Shown: positions 40,110-52,851 of the stretch, in pieces
Layout: each line of letters opens with the position of its first letter
Numbering within the stretch: the first letter of the stretch is position 1
Assembly: GCF_000150275.1 (NCBI RefSeq)
Contig: NW_002060955.1
Span: 536,886-600,885 of the forward strand
Direction: 5' to 3'
Origin: Trichoplax adhaerens
Lineage: Eukaryota; Animalia; Placozoa
Length of the DNA stretch: 64,000 bases
The notes under the pieces: generated by a model
What the model was told of the DNA's origin: nothing
Seen by the model: only the letters and a program-made list of their open reading frames with translations
The model's database searches: none
Program-made: the position numbers and the translations under genes

Positions 40110-43100
40110 ATGGCGGCATATGAGTCCACAAAATTGACTATCCTCGATGAAACCGAATTTATCCACAAAAAAGGTATGAAATGCTTTGAAGAAGGCGATT
40201 ATGAACAAGCTCTATTACATTACAAAGAAGCTGTTACTCAAATCCAATCTACGTCCAAGAATAGTAATAATAATCATCACCATCAACTTGAACACGATAT
40301 TTATCTGGACATAGCCGATTATTATTTAAATCAATATAAACTGATAGAAGCTGATAAATGGAGAGGAAATGCGGAGATATTAGCCGAACAACTACAAGAT
40401 AGAGTAAGAATTGCAAAGTGCTTTGATAGACAAGGGTGCATTAAAGAATTGCAAGGTGATTTGAATGGAGCTTTAAAAGATTTTAACAAATCACTTGGAA
40501 TAAAATCAGAATGGTCAGAAAATGAAGATATCAATATGAGTAAGTCTTATCTTAACATTGGAAGTATTTATGATAAGCAAGGCAAGTATGACGACGCTCT
40601 ATCGATGTATAACAAGTCACTGAAGATTCAACTAACACAACTTGATGACAATCATCCAAAAATTGCTGTAACTTATAGCAATATTGGTGGTGTCTATAAT
40701 GATCAAGGCAAGTATGACGACGCTCTATCGATGTATAACAAGTCACTGAAGATTCAACTAACACAACTTGGTGACAATCATCCAAGTATTGCTACGACTT
40801 ATCACAACATTGGTGGTGTCTATTATCATCAAGGCAAGTATGACGACGCTCTATCGATGTATAACAAGTCACTGAAGATTCAACTAACACAACTTGATGA
40901 CAATCATCCAAGTATTGCTACGACTTATCACAACATTGGTGGTGTCTATAATGATCAAGGCAAGTATGACGATGCTCTATCAATGTTAAACAAGTCACTG
41001 AAGATTCAACTAACACAACTTGGTGACAATCATCCAAGTATTGCTACGACTTATCACAACATTGGTGATGTCTATAGAGATCAAGGCAAGTATGACGACG
41101 CTCTATCGATGTATAACAAGTCACTGAAGATTCAACTAACACAACTTGGTGACAATCATCCAAGTATTGCTTCGACTTATCACAGTATTGGTAGTGTCTA
41201 TAATCGTCAAGGCAAGTATGACGACGCTCTATCGATGTATAACAAATCACTGAAGATTCAACTAACACAACTTGGTGACAATCATCCAAGTATTGCTGCG
41301 ACTTATCACAACATTGGTGGTGTCTATAATCATCAAGGCAAGTATGACGACGCTCTATCGATGTATAACAAATCACTGAAGATTCAACTAACACAACTTG
41401 GTGACAATCATCCAAGTATTGCTACGACTTATCACAACATTGGTGGTGTCTATAATCGTCAAGGCAAGTGTGACGACGCTCTATCGATGTATAACAAATC
41501 ACTGAAGATTCAACTAACACAACTTGGTGACAATCATCCAAGTATTGCTGCGACTTATCACAACATTGGTGGTGTCTATAGAGATCAAGGCAAGTATGAC
41601 GACGCTCTATCGATGTATAACAAATCACTGAAGATTCGACTAACACAACTTGGTGACAATCATCCAAGTATTGCTGCGACTTATCACAACATTGGTGGTG
41701 TCTATAATGATCAAGGCAAGTATGACGACGCTCTATCGATGTATAACAAATCACTGAAGATTAAACTAACACAACTTGGTGACAATCATCCAAGTATTGC
41801 TACGACTTATCACAACATTGGTGGTGTCTATAATCGTCAAGGCAAGTGTGACGACGCTCTATCGATGTATAACAAATCACTGAAGATTAAACTAACACAA
41901 CTTGGTGACAATCATCCAAGTATTGCTGCGACTTATCACAACATTGGTGGTGTCTATAGACATCAAGGCAAGTATGACGACGCTCTATCGATGTATAACA
42001 AATCGCTGAAGATTCAACCAACACAACTTGGTGACAATCATCTAAGTATTGCTGCGACATATCACAACATTGGTAGTGTCTATATACATCAAGGCAAGTA
42101 TGACGACGCTCTATCGATGTATAACAAATCACTGAAGATTCAACTAACACAATTTGGTGACAATCATCTAAGTATTGCTGTAACTTATAGCAATATTGGG
42201 CAAGTCTATAATCATCAAGGTAAGTATGACGACGCTCTATCGATGTATAACAAATCGCTGAAGATTGAACTAACACAACTTGGTGACAATCATCCAAGTA
42301 TTGCTACGACATATATCAACATTGGTAGTGTCTATAAAGATCAAGGCAAGTATGACGACGCTCTATCGATGTATAACAAATCACTGAAGATTCTACTAAC
42401 ACAACTTGGTGACAATCATCCAAGTATTGCTTTAACTTATAACAATATTGGGCAAGTCTATAGAGATCAAGGCAAGTACGACGACGCTCTATCGATGTAT
42501 AACAAATCACTGAAGATTCGACTAACACAACTTGATGACAATCATCCAAGTATTGCTATAACTTATAGCAATGTTGGGCAAGTCTATAACGATCAAGGCA
42601 AGTATGACGACGCTCTATCGATGTATAACAAATCACTGAAGATTAAACTAACTCAACTTGGTCACAATCATCCAAGTATTGCTGCGACATATCACAGTAT
42701 TGGTGATGTCTATAAAGATCAAGGCAAGTATGATGATGCTCTATCGATGTATAACAAATCACTGAAGATTAAACTAACACAACTTAATGACAATCATCCA
42801 AGTATTGCTACGACATATCACAACATTGGTGTTGTCTATAAAGATCAAGGCGAGTATGACGACGCTCTATCGATGTGTAACAAATCACTGAAGATTCAAC
42901 TAACACAACTTGGTCACAATCATCCAGGTATTGCTGCGACATATAACAGCATTGGTAGTATCTATAAAGATCAAGGCAAGTATGACGACGCTCTATCGAT
43001 GTATAACAAATCACTGAAGATTAAACTAACACAACTTGGTCACAATCATCCAAGTATTGCTACGACTTATCACAACATTGGTAATGTCTATAAAGATCAA

Positions 43101-43940
43101 GGCAATTATGACGACGCTCTATCGATGTATAACAAATCACTGAAGATTCAACTAACACAACTTGGTGACAATCATCCAAGTATTGCTACGACTTATAACA
43201 GCATTGGTAGTGTCTATAAAGATCAAGGCAAGTATGACGACGCTCTATCGATGTATAACAAATCGCTGAAGATTAAACTAACACAACTTGGTCACAATCA
43301 TCCAGGTATTGCTACGACATATCACAACATTGGTGTTGTCTATGAAGATCAAGGCAATTATGACGACGCTCTACCGATGTATAACAAATCGCTGAAGATT
43401 CAACTAACACAACTTGCTCACAATCATCCAAGTATTGCTACGACATATAACAGCATTGGTAGTGTCTATAATGATCAAGGCAAGTATGACGACGCTCTAT
43501 CGATGTATAACAAGTCACTGAAGATTAAACTAACACAACTTGGTCACAATCATCCAAGTATTGCTACGACTTATCACAACATTGGTGGTGTCTATAATCA
43601 TCAAGGCAATTATGACGACGCTCTATCGATGTATAACAAATCGCTGAAGATTCAACTAACACAACTTGGTCACAATCATCCAAGTATTGCTACGACATAT
43701 CTCAGTATTGGTAGTGTCTATAAAGATCAAGGCAAGTATGACGACGCTCTATCAATGTTAAACAAGTCACTGCAAATCTTTTTAGTAACGCTAGGTGAGA
43801 ACCATCTTCATACTGCCCAGCTGTATCGAAGTCAAGCTGTAGTCTATTGTAAACTGTTGAATTTTCGTCAAGCAATCTCATTATATCGAAAGTCCATTAA
43901 CAGTCTACGCAATGTCTACGGAGAGAGTCATCCTCAAATT
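40110..43940 (+). CDS. Long TPR-repeat protein (42-aa kinesin-light-chain/NPHP3-type TPRs), 3' end runs into the assembly gap
   Basis: Uninterrupted ORF from AAACATGGCGGC. About 3 divergent N-terminal TPRs, 26 near-identical 42-aa repeats (HPSIATTYHNIGGVYNDQGKYDDALSMYNKSLKIQLTQLGDN), then a divergent capping repeat. Confidence 0.95.
40540..43800 (+). repeat. Coding tandem array: 26 x 126 bp
   Basis: The CAAGG anchor (QG codons) falls at 40578+126n, checked at 41460, 41838, 42846 and 43728. No indels between units. Confidence 0.97.
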
Positions 43941-44258
43941 NNNNNNNNNNNNNNNNNNNNNNNNNNNNNNNNNNNNNNNNNNNNNNNNNNNNNNNNNNNN
44001 NNNNNNNNNNNNNNNNNNNNNNNNNNNNNNNNNNNNNNNNNNNNNNNNNNNNNNNNNNNNNNNNNNNNNNNNNNNNNNNNNNNNNNNNNNNNNNNNNNNN
44101 NNNNNNNNNNNNNNNNNNNNNNNNNNNNNNNNNNNNNNNNNNNNNNNNNNNNNNNNNNNNNNNNNNNNNNNNNNNNNNNNNNNNNNNNNNNNNNNNNNNN
44201 NNNNNNNNNNNNNNNNNNNNNNNNNNNNNNNNNNNNNNNNNNNNNNNNNNNNNNNNNN
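43941..44258. other. Assembly gap (318 N)
   Basis: Run of N. Confidence 1.
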
Positions 44259-46417
44259 ATATTCTAAAAGGCGGGCTGATAAGTTACTAATTGTAGTGCG
44301 AAGTATAAACTGTAATCGTATCGAGGTGTAACCTCGTGTAGCTATAAATACCGATCAACTAATAATAAAATGCAGTTATCAATCTTACTCACGGAGTGAA
44401 CTTATTATTAAAGAACAAAACAGTCTATATACAGCATTGAATCAGTTGACTAATTGGATAATATTGCACACTGACTTACTGGCTCAAGTTCGCAAATGTA
44501 TCCGAATTCAATAAACGATCATTCCGTGTAAACAATGATATTCAAACATTAGAAAAAGTATAGTCTGTTCAAGTAGACTAGTCGGTAAAGCTAATACTAT
44601 ATTGCTAAATTGAAGGGGCAAGTAGATAATACAATTAAGCGGCGATCGAATTTAATTACTGTTTTTTACTTTAGAAAAAAAGTTTTGAAGTAACTTTGTC
44701 CAAATACGACATCATCTTGAATCAATTTATTCATACTAGAGCTAAAACATTTAGCCAATGTCTCAACCATAAAGGGATCCAATAATTCAAACTCATTAAA
44801 ATACTACTTTTATGTTGTTTTATCACCGGTTTAATGAATGCAACATAAACAATTCACGCGTGCAATTACATTACTCAAAACGAGTATAACGCTTAGGTTG
44901 ACAACAGAACTATGTTTTCTTTCACTTAACTTAAATTGTATATGATGTATTCACGGTAATTCTTGATCATGCTTTTGATTGATCTACTTTGCAATTTTAT
45001 ATACGTCATAAAGGTTCCAGGTAACAAGTCTATGACTTTTTATATCACCTATATCCAAGCCTTAATAACTCTAAAATTGCAAATTAAAAATAGTCAATCG
45101 CGATTAGTAGACAGAGGTGTATCCAAACATGTTCGTCTAGTCGAAAGGCTATCCATTCGTCCTATCCTTCATAGTTTTAAAATTGAATCTTTAGTTATTC
45201 TTCAATAACTAGACATAACCATTACTAATTAGCTATAAGGTTGCAATAGCTTATTCTATCAACTATAAATCGAACACCCATAAGTTGATAGAGCATTATC
45301 GTCAATATTCAGTCATTAGCAGATAATCATATAGGGGGAAATGAATTATTAAAAGGTCAACGTTTAGTCAGTATAACAAAACAAATTTCATTCAAGTAAT
45401 ACGAATACAGAAGTAGAATAAAATCGTACAATAAATATTCACACAGAATCAAATCGTATTCTTGCATCTGCAACTACGACAATTCATGCTTCTAAAACTC
45501 ATCAATCAAGGCAAGAATAGCATGTACAGTATCATCAAGGGAAATACCTTTTTTAACATTTTCTATTCTAGATTTGTTCAATATCATTATTAGATGGATG
45601 ATATCAATACTTCAAATTCTGGTCATCGTACATCATCACTGACAAAGACAATAACATATAAATATAGAATTTTATTTGTTTTCAGCTTGATAACACCTAA
45701 TATTCAAACAGAATGAGCTTTGAAGTAGCATTACATGACGAAAACTTTGCCAGCCACCAAGATAATAGATCATTTTTAATTGAAGTCCTCATTTGTAAGG
45801 AAACCTTATTATTTCTTTTCATTGAGAAACATCAATCATTCTTACCAATATAAGATCTGACAGCTGAAAGTTACTAGAATTAAATACGACTACCGAACAT
45901 GCAATATTTACGGTAGGTACTAGTGAACCACGTACAAAATATAGATCGAGTAGTGGTTATGTTAGTATTTTGCTGTAGATGAAAACAAATTGATATCCAG
46001 TTTATACATTATAATAATAATTGGATTTCGTAAAGCATCAGTGAAAATATGTGCATGACCAACACGTACTTCTTTATTCTCTCTATCCATCTACTCCCCT
46101 TAAAAGAATATGATCATTACATGCATCATTAGAAAGTACGAATAGTTCAATGTTATGGCTTACGATATTAATTACAAGCTAACCAAACAACCTGTACGCG
46201 ATTCATTAGATTCTACTTGTGCACTCCGGCTACTTTTACATACACGATACATATACAGTTCAAGTTTGTTTTATTTTATATTTCGCATTCGATCAATATG
46301 GCAAAGTCGAGCATTTACAAGCTATCATTTAATATCGGTTATAAGTTTCGTTTAAGAGTATATCTTGTTTCATTGTTTGCATTTTAATTTATCTGCGATA
46401 TTAATGTAATGTTATAG

Positions 46418-46674
46418 ATCCAAAGAAGCACTTTTTCCAAACTGCAAATACAATTGGTTTGGATTGGACAAGATTGGCTGCAACTTTGGATCAATCCATC
46501 GATGTCGATAGTATTAAAGATAAAGAAAGTAAGGTTTTTGACCAAGCGATGAAATTTCTCAACAAGTGGTATAATAAAAATTATCCAAATGTAAATGTTG
46601 ATCAGCTTCAAGCAGCTTTACGACGAATAGATAGGAACGATATTGCTTTGGCTATTAAGCCCACTAAGACATGA
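46418..46674 (+). CDS. Terminal exon encoding a death domain; probably the C-terminus of the TPR gene
   Basis: Acceptor TTATAG at 46412-46417, then PKKHFFQTANTIGLDWTRLAATLDQSIDVDSIKDKESKVFDQAMKFLNKWYNKNYPNVNVDQLQAALRRIDRNDIA. This fits the death-domain pattern G.DW..LA..L / Q...L..W / L..AL..I.R.DI. It has no ATG of its own near the start. Linkage to the TPR exon crosses the gap and is inferred. Confidence 0.8.
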
Positions 46675-48012
46675 AAATATTGTTGCGTAATGGCATATTT
46701 TTCAGTGTAATGCTTGTCTTTCGAATAGTAAGTACGATATTATAGATTGAGAAATTGATTATAACTATTAATCCTATTAAGAACGGAACTGTATTCGTAC
46801 ATGTGGTTGATATTGCGCTTTATTTAACAACTACTTGAAATCGATTAAATTCTATTTCTTTATAAATGAAGTAAAAAACTTAAGCAAATTTAATACTCTT
46901 TACACTTTGTATTAAGGCTATCATCAGTCATAAAGTAATTTTCAGCTAATTTGTATATCAATTATCGAGTGTAGTGTGCAGTTGTACAGCCTCTATGAGA
47001 TGAAAGAGGAAAGCAAACTAGACTTGATTTGTTAAATACAATCAAAAATTTACTAGTATTAATTTTACTATTGTCTTTTCTTTTTGTATACTTATTTGGA
47101 GTCTGGTTGTATCTATTTACACTTGTATTCGTTCTGTATTCTTATTCGACTGCTTTGGCTTAAATAGCGTGTAGTAAGCTAATTCTAAGGCTCCAACATA
47201 AAATCAGACTATCAAGATTTATATAACCATGTTCAATTTTATTACAAGGAAAAACAAACTGTAGCTGTATCTGCAACAAACTAGCAACAAGAACCCCTCG
47301 ATGCATATGCTAATAAACCTAGCACATGTCCTATTAAGTAATTACAGTGAAAATCCGATTCCTTTAATGATGTTGCCACATGAAAATGTTGTAGCAACCT
47401 ACAGCGCACTCTAAGCCTGAATCTAGACTGTACTCTAAGCATGATTTGATATCGACAGTGCCAGCGTGGCGAGTGGATTCTAAACCATTTGAGTTCACAA
47501 TCACTAACTCAAAATTTAAGTTATTAAAATGGAGCAAATCTCTAACTTGATACAATTAGGCAGATACCGTCTTTAGCGTTAACGTATCGTTAGTGCTACT
47601 GCTCGTTGCGTTACTACTGTATTCGTATAGCTGAAATCTCTGCAACCAGAGCAACTTCTGTTTCAATCATTCAGTATCAGATTATTCACATATTAGTCAA
47701 TAAAATCATTTTATAACGGCCAAATCAATTTCTTCGCTCAATATAGTGAATACAATATATTTCAACTATATGTTTGCCAAACTGATACAAATAATTGACC
47801 ATCATCTAGCAGGAGTAACCGTAACTAACTGCTCTATACTAGTAACATTATTACTTATTCGATCTACAAATCATGAATTACATATGCTTGACTGGAAATA
47901 CTACTAGCTTAGTCATCTAACATAGGCACATAGAGGTAAAGCAGTAACCATGTACTTATTAACATCCACCACTTGCTTTCATTATTATTGCATATGCTCG
48001 CATATACAATAA

Positions 48013-49420
48013 TTAACTACTTTTTCCAATCCTACCAGGATATCGGAATCCGGGGAAGTTATTATTCTAATAACCAGTTCAACTTCACTCACATTGCGGC
48101 AGTCCATGCGATATCCACAAATCAACTAATTGTATAAAATCGAAATAAAAGCATTAGAAAATACATTGAAAATAAGCATACGAAAGCAAACTGCGTTATT
48201 AGACCAATTGTAAATGCCGCTTTGCTTAGGAAGCATGAAATTTATGCAGATTACCCTAGATATTAGCAGTTACATTTCCAATTCTGCTATGCGTCTGCCA
48301 AGGCACGTTCTTGGCCCCTAACTAAATACCGTACGGCTAAGAGGATTAAAACGATATTGAGAGGACGATGTTATCCATCTTTTAGGCTTTATCTTTGTTG
48401 GCTGATCATGAAACCATTCATCAAATGGCATCATATGGTAACCGAAAATATCCTAGTCTGGAAACAATTTTTAGATATACCATTGAAGTTTTGGATGATA
48501 TTCAGAGTAGATACAACGAAATTAATTATTATTGTAAATCGATGATCAATTCGATATAGTATCTTAATTTAGCAAGTTGATAATAGTAATTAATGAGCTC
48601 AATGCTTTCAACAATAAATCTACTATTAATCTCAATCAGTTGCATAATAACTTTACAGTAATCGTATAACATGGAAGAGAACATTGCTTACTGCATATAC
48701 TTCACAGTACAATATTTAGCAATATACCTCGGCCGAAACTTGATACAAACCTAATACTGGGTCTTTATCAAGAATTCCAATAGTTACAACAGCAATCAGA
48801 TATATGCTAGTTGTTGTTTAAACATACAATTCGGATATGGTGAAATTACTTTTATTAAACAATATCTATTCTACTCTAACATACCGTTCGCTTTGCTTTA
48901 GTAGATCTCTTAGGTACAACATCTTTTAAACAGATAAACTAGCAGGATATTTTCCTTTCTTCAGTACACGGCGTATCTCTTGGTATAACTTTTCTTGAAT
49001 GTCAGGATGTTTGCCCAATATACAGTGTCCACAGCACTGTGTTGGCTGACTATATAGACACGCATGGATATTGGCAAAATACCACTTGCAATTGCTATCA
49101 AAAACAAGCGTGGTAAATGACTGACATACTAAAGTTATCGTTACTACACGTAGTAAAATTGAAATAATTTTCAATATTACGAAATCCCCTTTAAAGAATG
49201 GTACACATACGAAAGAGGTCTAATTTCATCTGGAAAGACAAGACCATCTCTTTTGGACAATCTTATCAATGTCAATTGCTTTTGATGATATCCATTACTT
49301 TTGAGTAGCGTTCGTAAAGACCAAATGAACGGTAAACCATCAGGTTTAGGCATCTCTTGCACAGGTTAGGCCTTCATGATATTCATTATTGTTGCTCTCG
49401 GGTGTTTCATGTGTGATTTC
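48013..49420 (-). pseudogene. Cytochrome P450 pseudogene, mitochondrial-clan-like
   Basis: Remnants in order: N-terminal A*PVQEMPKPDGLPFIWSL; J/K helices LGKHPDIQEKLYQEIRRVL..YLRDLLKQSER; ILDKDPVLGLYQV; heme motif FS*GPRTCLGRRIAELEM* (about 48275-48330); final exon LICGYRM..LEKSS*. Multiple stops and frameshifts, ExxR degraded, middle of the protein missing. Confidence 0.85.
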
Positions 49421-49433
49421 GGCTGTTGACTGG

Positions 49434-50345
49434 AATACAACTATATTGAGCAAAAACAGGTCCAATGGTAATGAATGATGCCGGTGATCTTTGGCACAGT
49501 TGTATTAGTATTGTAATGGTGATGAAAGAAGAATGATTCCTTATTATTCCTATACTCCATCTTGCTAAATACCTTTCCAAATAGGATGATTTAGCTGACT
49601 CGGATTTCTTTCACGGATTCAAATAGTCTTCAACCCGTGCTCTAGCTGCAGCTGCCCGTGGTTCGCTTCTGATATTGCCGGCTTGGGAAATGTTCAAGCC
49701 GGCATAAATTACATGGCGATGAAAAACAGAAGCAGTGCAGTCAATCACTGTAATACAACCATTATTGAGCAAAACAGGTCCAATAGTAATGAGTGATGCT
49801 AGTGATCTTTGGCACAGTTGTATTAGTATTGCAATGGTGATGAAAGAAGAATGATTCCTTATTACTCCTATACTCCATCGTGCTAAATGCCTTCCAAATA
49901 AGATGATTTTGCAGACTCGATTTCTTTTCGCGAATTGGAATAGTCTTCAATCCGTGATTCGCTTCTGATATTGCCGGCTTGGGAAATGTTCAAGCCGGCA
50001 TGAATTACATGGCGATGAAAAATGGAAACAGAGTTGACTATAATACTTGTACAACCATTATTGAACAAAACAGATCCAATAGTGATGAATGATGCCAGTG
50101 ATCTTTGGCACAGTTGTACTAGTATTGCAATGGTGATGAAAGAAGAATGATTCCCTATTACTCCTATACTCCATCGTGCTAAATACCTTTCCAAATAAGA
50201 TGATTTTGTAGACTCGATTTCTTTCGCGGATTGGAATAGTTTTCAATCCGTGCTCCAGCTGCAGCTGCCCGTGGTTCGCTTCTGATATTGCCGGCTTGGG
50301 AAACGTTCAAGCCAGCATGAATTACATAGCGATGAACAATGAAAG
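49434..50345. repeat. Tandem triplication of an approximately 296-318 bp unit
   Basis: Units start near 49434, 49752 and 50048 (TACAACCATTATTGAGCAAAACAGGTCCAATAGT...TTCGCTTCTGATATTGCCGGCTTGGGAAATGTTCAAGCCGGCATGAATTACATGGCGATGAA). Unit 2 lacks the about 22-bp GCTGCAGCTGCCCGTG segment. Confidence 0.95.
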
Positions 50346-52851
50346 CAGTACAATCACTGTCAGTACCAAATATACCTCTACAAGCAATCATGGCGTAGAA
50401 TTTCAGCTTAGAAATTGTCGAGATCGGGATCGCAAAAGTAAAATGGAGGTCGCTGTTATGCCAGTAATGGCAGCTTTTGGTGTGGTTACTTCTTGCTATA
50501 GCAGATCGACTTGAGTCAATTTTTTTATAGGAATTTCTATCAACTATTTTGAGTGTATGGGGTAGTATACTGATTTCGAATGCCACACCCTTGACAGGCG
50601 AGCACACCGATCCAAATCTGCAAGACCTGATGCTTGCCCGACGGCATGATCTGAATACGATCTCATACTGTATACTATATCGTAACACGGTACATGCGTT
50701 GTAACCCTGTCTTTCCACTGCCAACTTGGTAGGGGTGATGTAACTTGGATGGTGAAAGGTGGTGTGGCAGATGGAGTGATTATGCGCAGTCCATTGCAAT
50801 GCTATCGCCATCATGGCTTGCAGTCTTTTCTCGAACATGGCGATCAAATCACTGGTTAACTTGCAATTAAATAGAAATGCATTCAATTTGGTACTTAGAA
50901 CGATGGGCAATCTACCTGTCTTCATCGTTCATGACAATAGAACGACATCCAAACGTTGGTTGAACTGCAAGAGCAACGTTAAAAGAACCATCGGTAAGTT
51001 GGAGAGTAGCGAGTCCGTAGTCCATCAATACAGTACTGTATAATAAGTAAGTGGCTTAGGTGTACTATGATCATCATCAACGATGTTGAGCCATGGAAAG
51101 GATTGCTTGCAATGCTTTCCTACTAGAGTATTGAGTTAGACTGTTAGAAGATGAGATAGGATCGAGATAATGCTGTCGAAGTGTACAGTGATTATAGGCG
51201 AGGAGATGAATTAGGTGCTTAATCATCATCTCCATCATCATATGGAGCATGCGACCATGGCGTACTACAGTCGTTTTTCGCCATGCCCATCGTCTAGGCA
51301 ACATTAATCATGCCATGGAAGTCATCAGTTGATAGCTTTCCATCATAAATAGACTTGTCTGTCCATTTTCTATATCTTACGAGTATCATTAGGAATGGTT
51401 ATCGAGAGTACGATCAAGTTGATGTAGAATTGTATTCGACTCTACAACGTTGTATGAGGTGATAGAATAATGTTGCAGATGAGTTGCATACTGTTACCGT
51501 AGAATATCGAGTGCAGTAGTGATAGTTTGAAGGAAACCAGCTACCGCAATGACTACCTAGAGCCATGTAACACAAGCATCTGTTTTTATATAAAATCATA
51601 ACGATTAGTCGTTAAATAGCAATGCTGTACACTTGATTCCAGCAGATGATTAGATTCCCTATTACCATGAAAGTGATTTACGTTCTACTTAACCAGCAAG
51701 AGATTACAACGACCAGGCAAGGAACCAACTCAAGATAGAATCAATCAAGTTCAATTTGGTTCCATCATAATGCTATGATTCTGTGTCATGGCAGCCACTC
51801 ACAGCCGCTAGTGCTGTATTAAATTGTGATAGAATCGATTAGCTTCAAGGAGTTGATCCCCTATCGATCATACTGTACGTATATTCGGTGAAAGTACATG
51901 AGGAGCTACTATATATTAATTCTAATCAAGAGTTAATCATGTTTCCGGGCCACAACTCGTACTAATAGATTGTTCTAGTATTGGAACGAAGCCGTTATAG
52001 AATCAAGTTCAATTACGTTTTTCCTACCAATTATGTAAGTAATGGATGCTATGCTAAGCTTAGGAATTACTTCAGCGATCATCTGGCTTAGCCCAACTTA
52101 TATCAGCAAATTGCTCTATTGCTGAAATCAAACTAGGATAGAGTTGATGAAGTTCAATCACAAGATTCCCTATTTATAATTATCATTGCAGGAGTATTGC
52201 TATGCTACAGTAAGTTATAACAATACCTTTGAAGCGATCTTGTATCTTGGTCTTAACGCGAAGTCGTAATTAATGTAAATTTGGCCAAATTAAGTTAAAT
52301 GATCCTCTCCGATCATGCGCTTATAAAGACTTCATTATGGTACAACGCTTAATCAAGATAGTAGTACAACGTTGACGTTTCTAGGCGGTAATATTTATAC
52401 CTGCAGATTTCTACAACATTCGAATCGATCAGGTTGAATAGATTATGCTCTGCCAGTCATACGCATACAAGCAATCACTTATAAGGCTATACTCAATCCA
52501 GACCATTCTTGAATGATTAAATTTTTGCCTGCAATTCATACCTGTAAATTTCTCTGATATCTAAATGAATTCATGACAGAATTATTCAAACTAGATTGAA
52601 CTCTTTTCTATTGTACACGTTAACTCATTCAAGATGATACTGATACAGTCAAATTTCTTATCTGCCATTCATTTCAGCAAATTGCTTCAATGTTGTAGTG
52701 AAATGAAGATAGAATCCATAGAAAAAAAATTAAACTATTCTCTACCCGTCATAAAATGAGCTCAGCTCGATTCCATTGTAGTGGTTATCATTGGTAGCAT
52801 AAAAGTTAAACTGTATTTGATAATCAACTGCAGATTCTTTGCTATCGTTTA

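Noticed and set aside
40331-43014. Repetitive minus-strand ORFs (MDDCHQVVLVESS...)
   Set aside because: Antisense shadows of the 126-bp TPR array, interrupted by stops.
40540-43800. CRISPR-like regularly spaced repeats
   Set aside because: Contiguous in-frame coding repeats with no unique spacers and no cas genes, in eukaryotic DNA.
43912-44331. ORF through the N-run, and the 1385-aa length of the TPR ORF
   Set aside because: Artefacts of translating the assembly gap; the true 3' end is unknown.
49762-51043. 248-aa and smaller ORFs as possible transposase or novel genes
   Set aside because: No recognisable domain, frames not conserved between repeat units, and no splice-consistent model.
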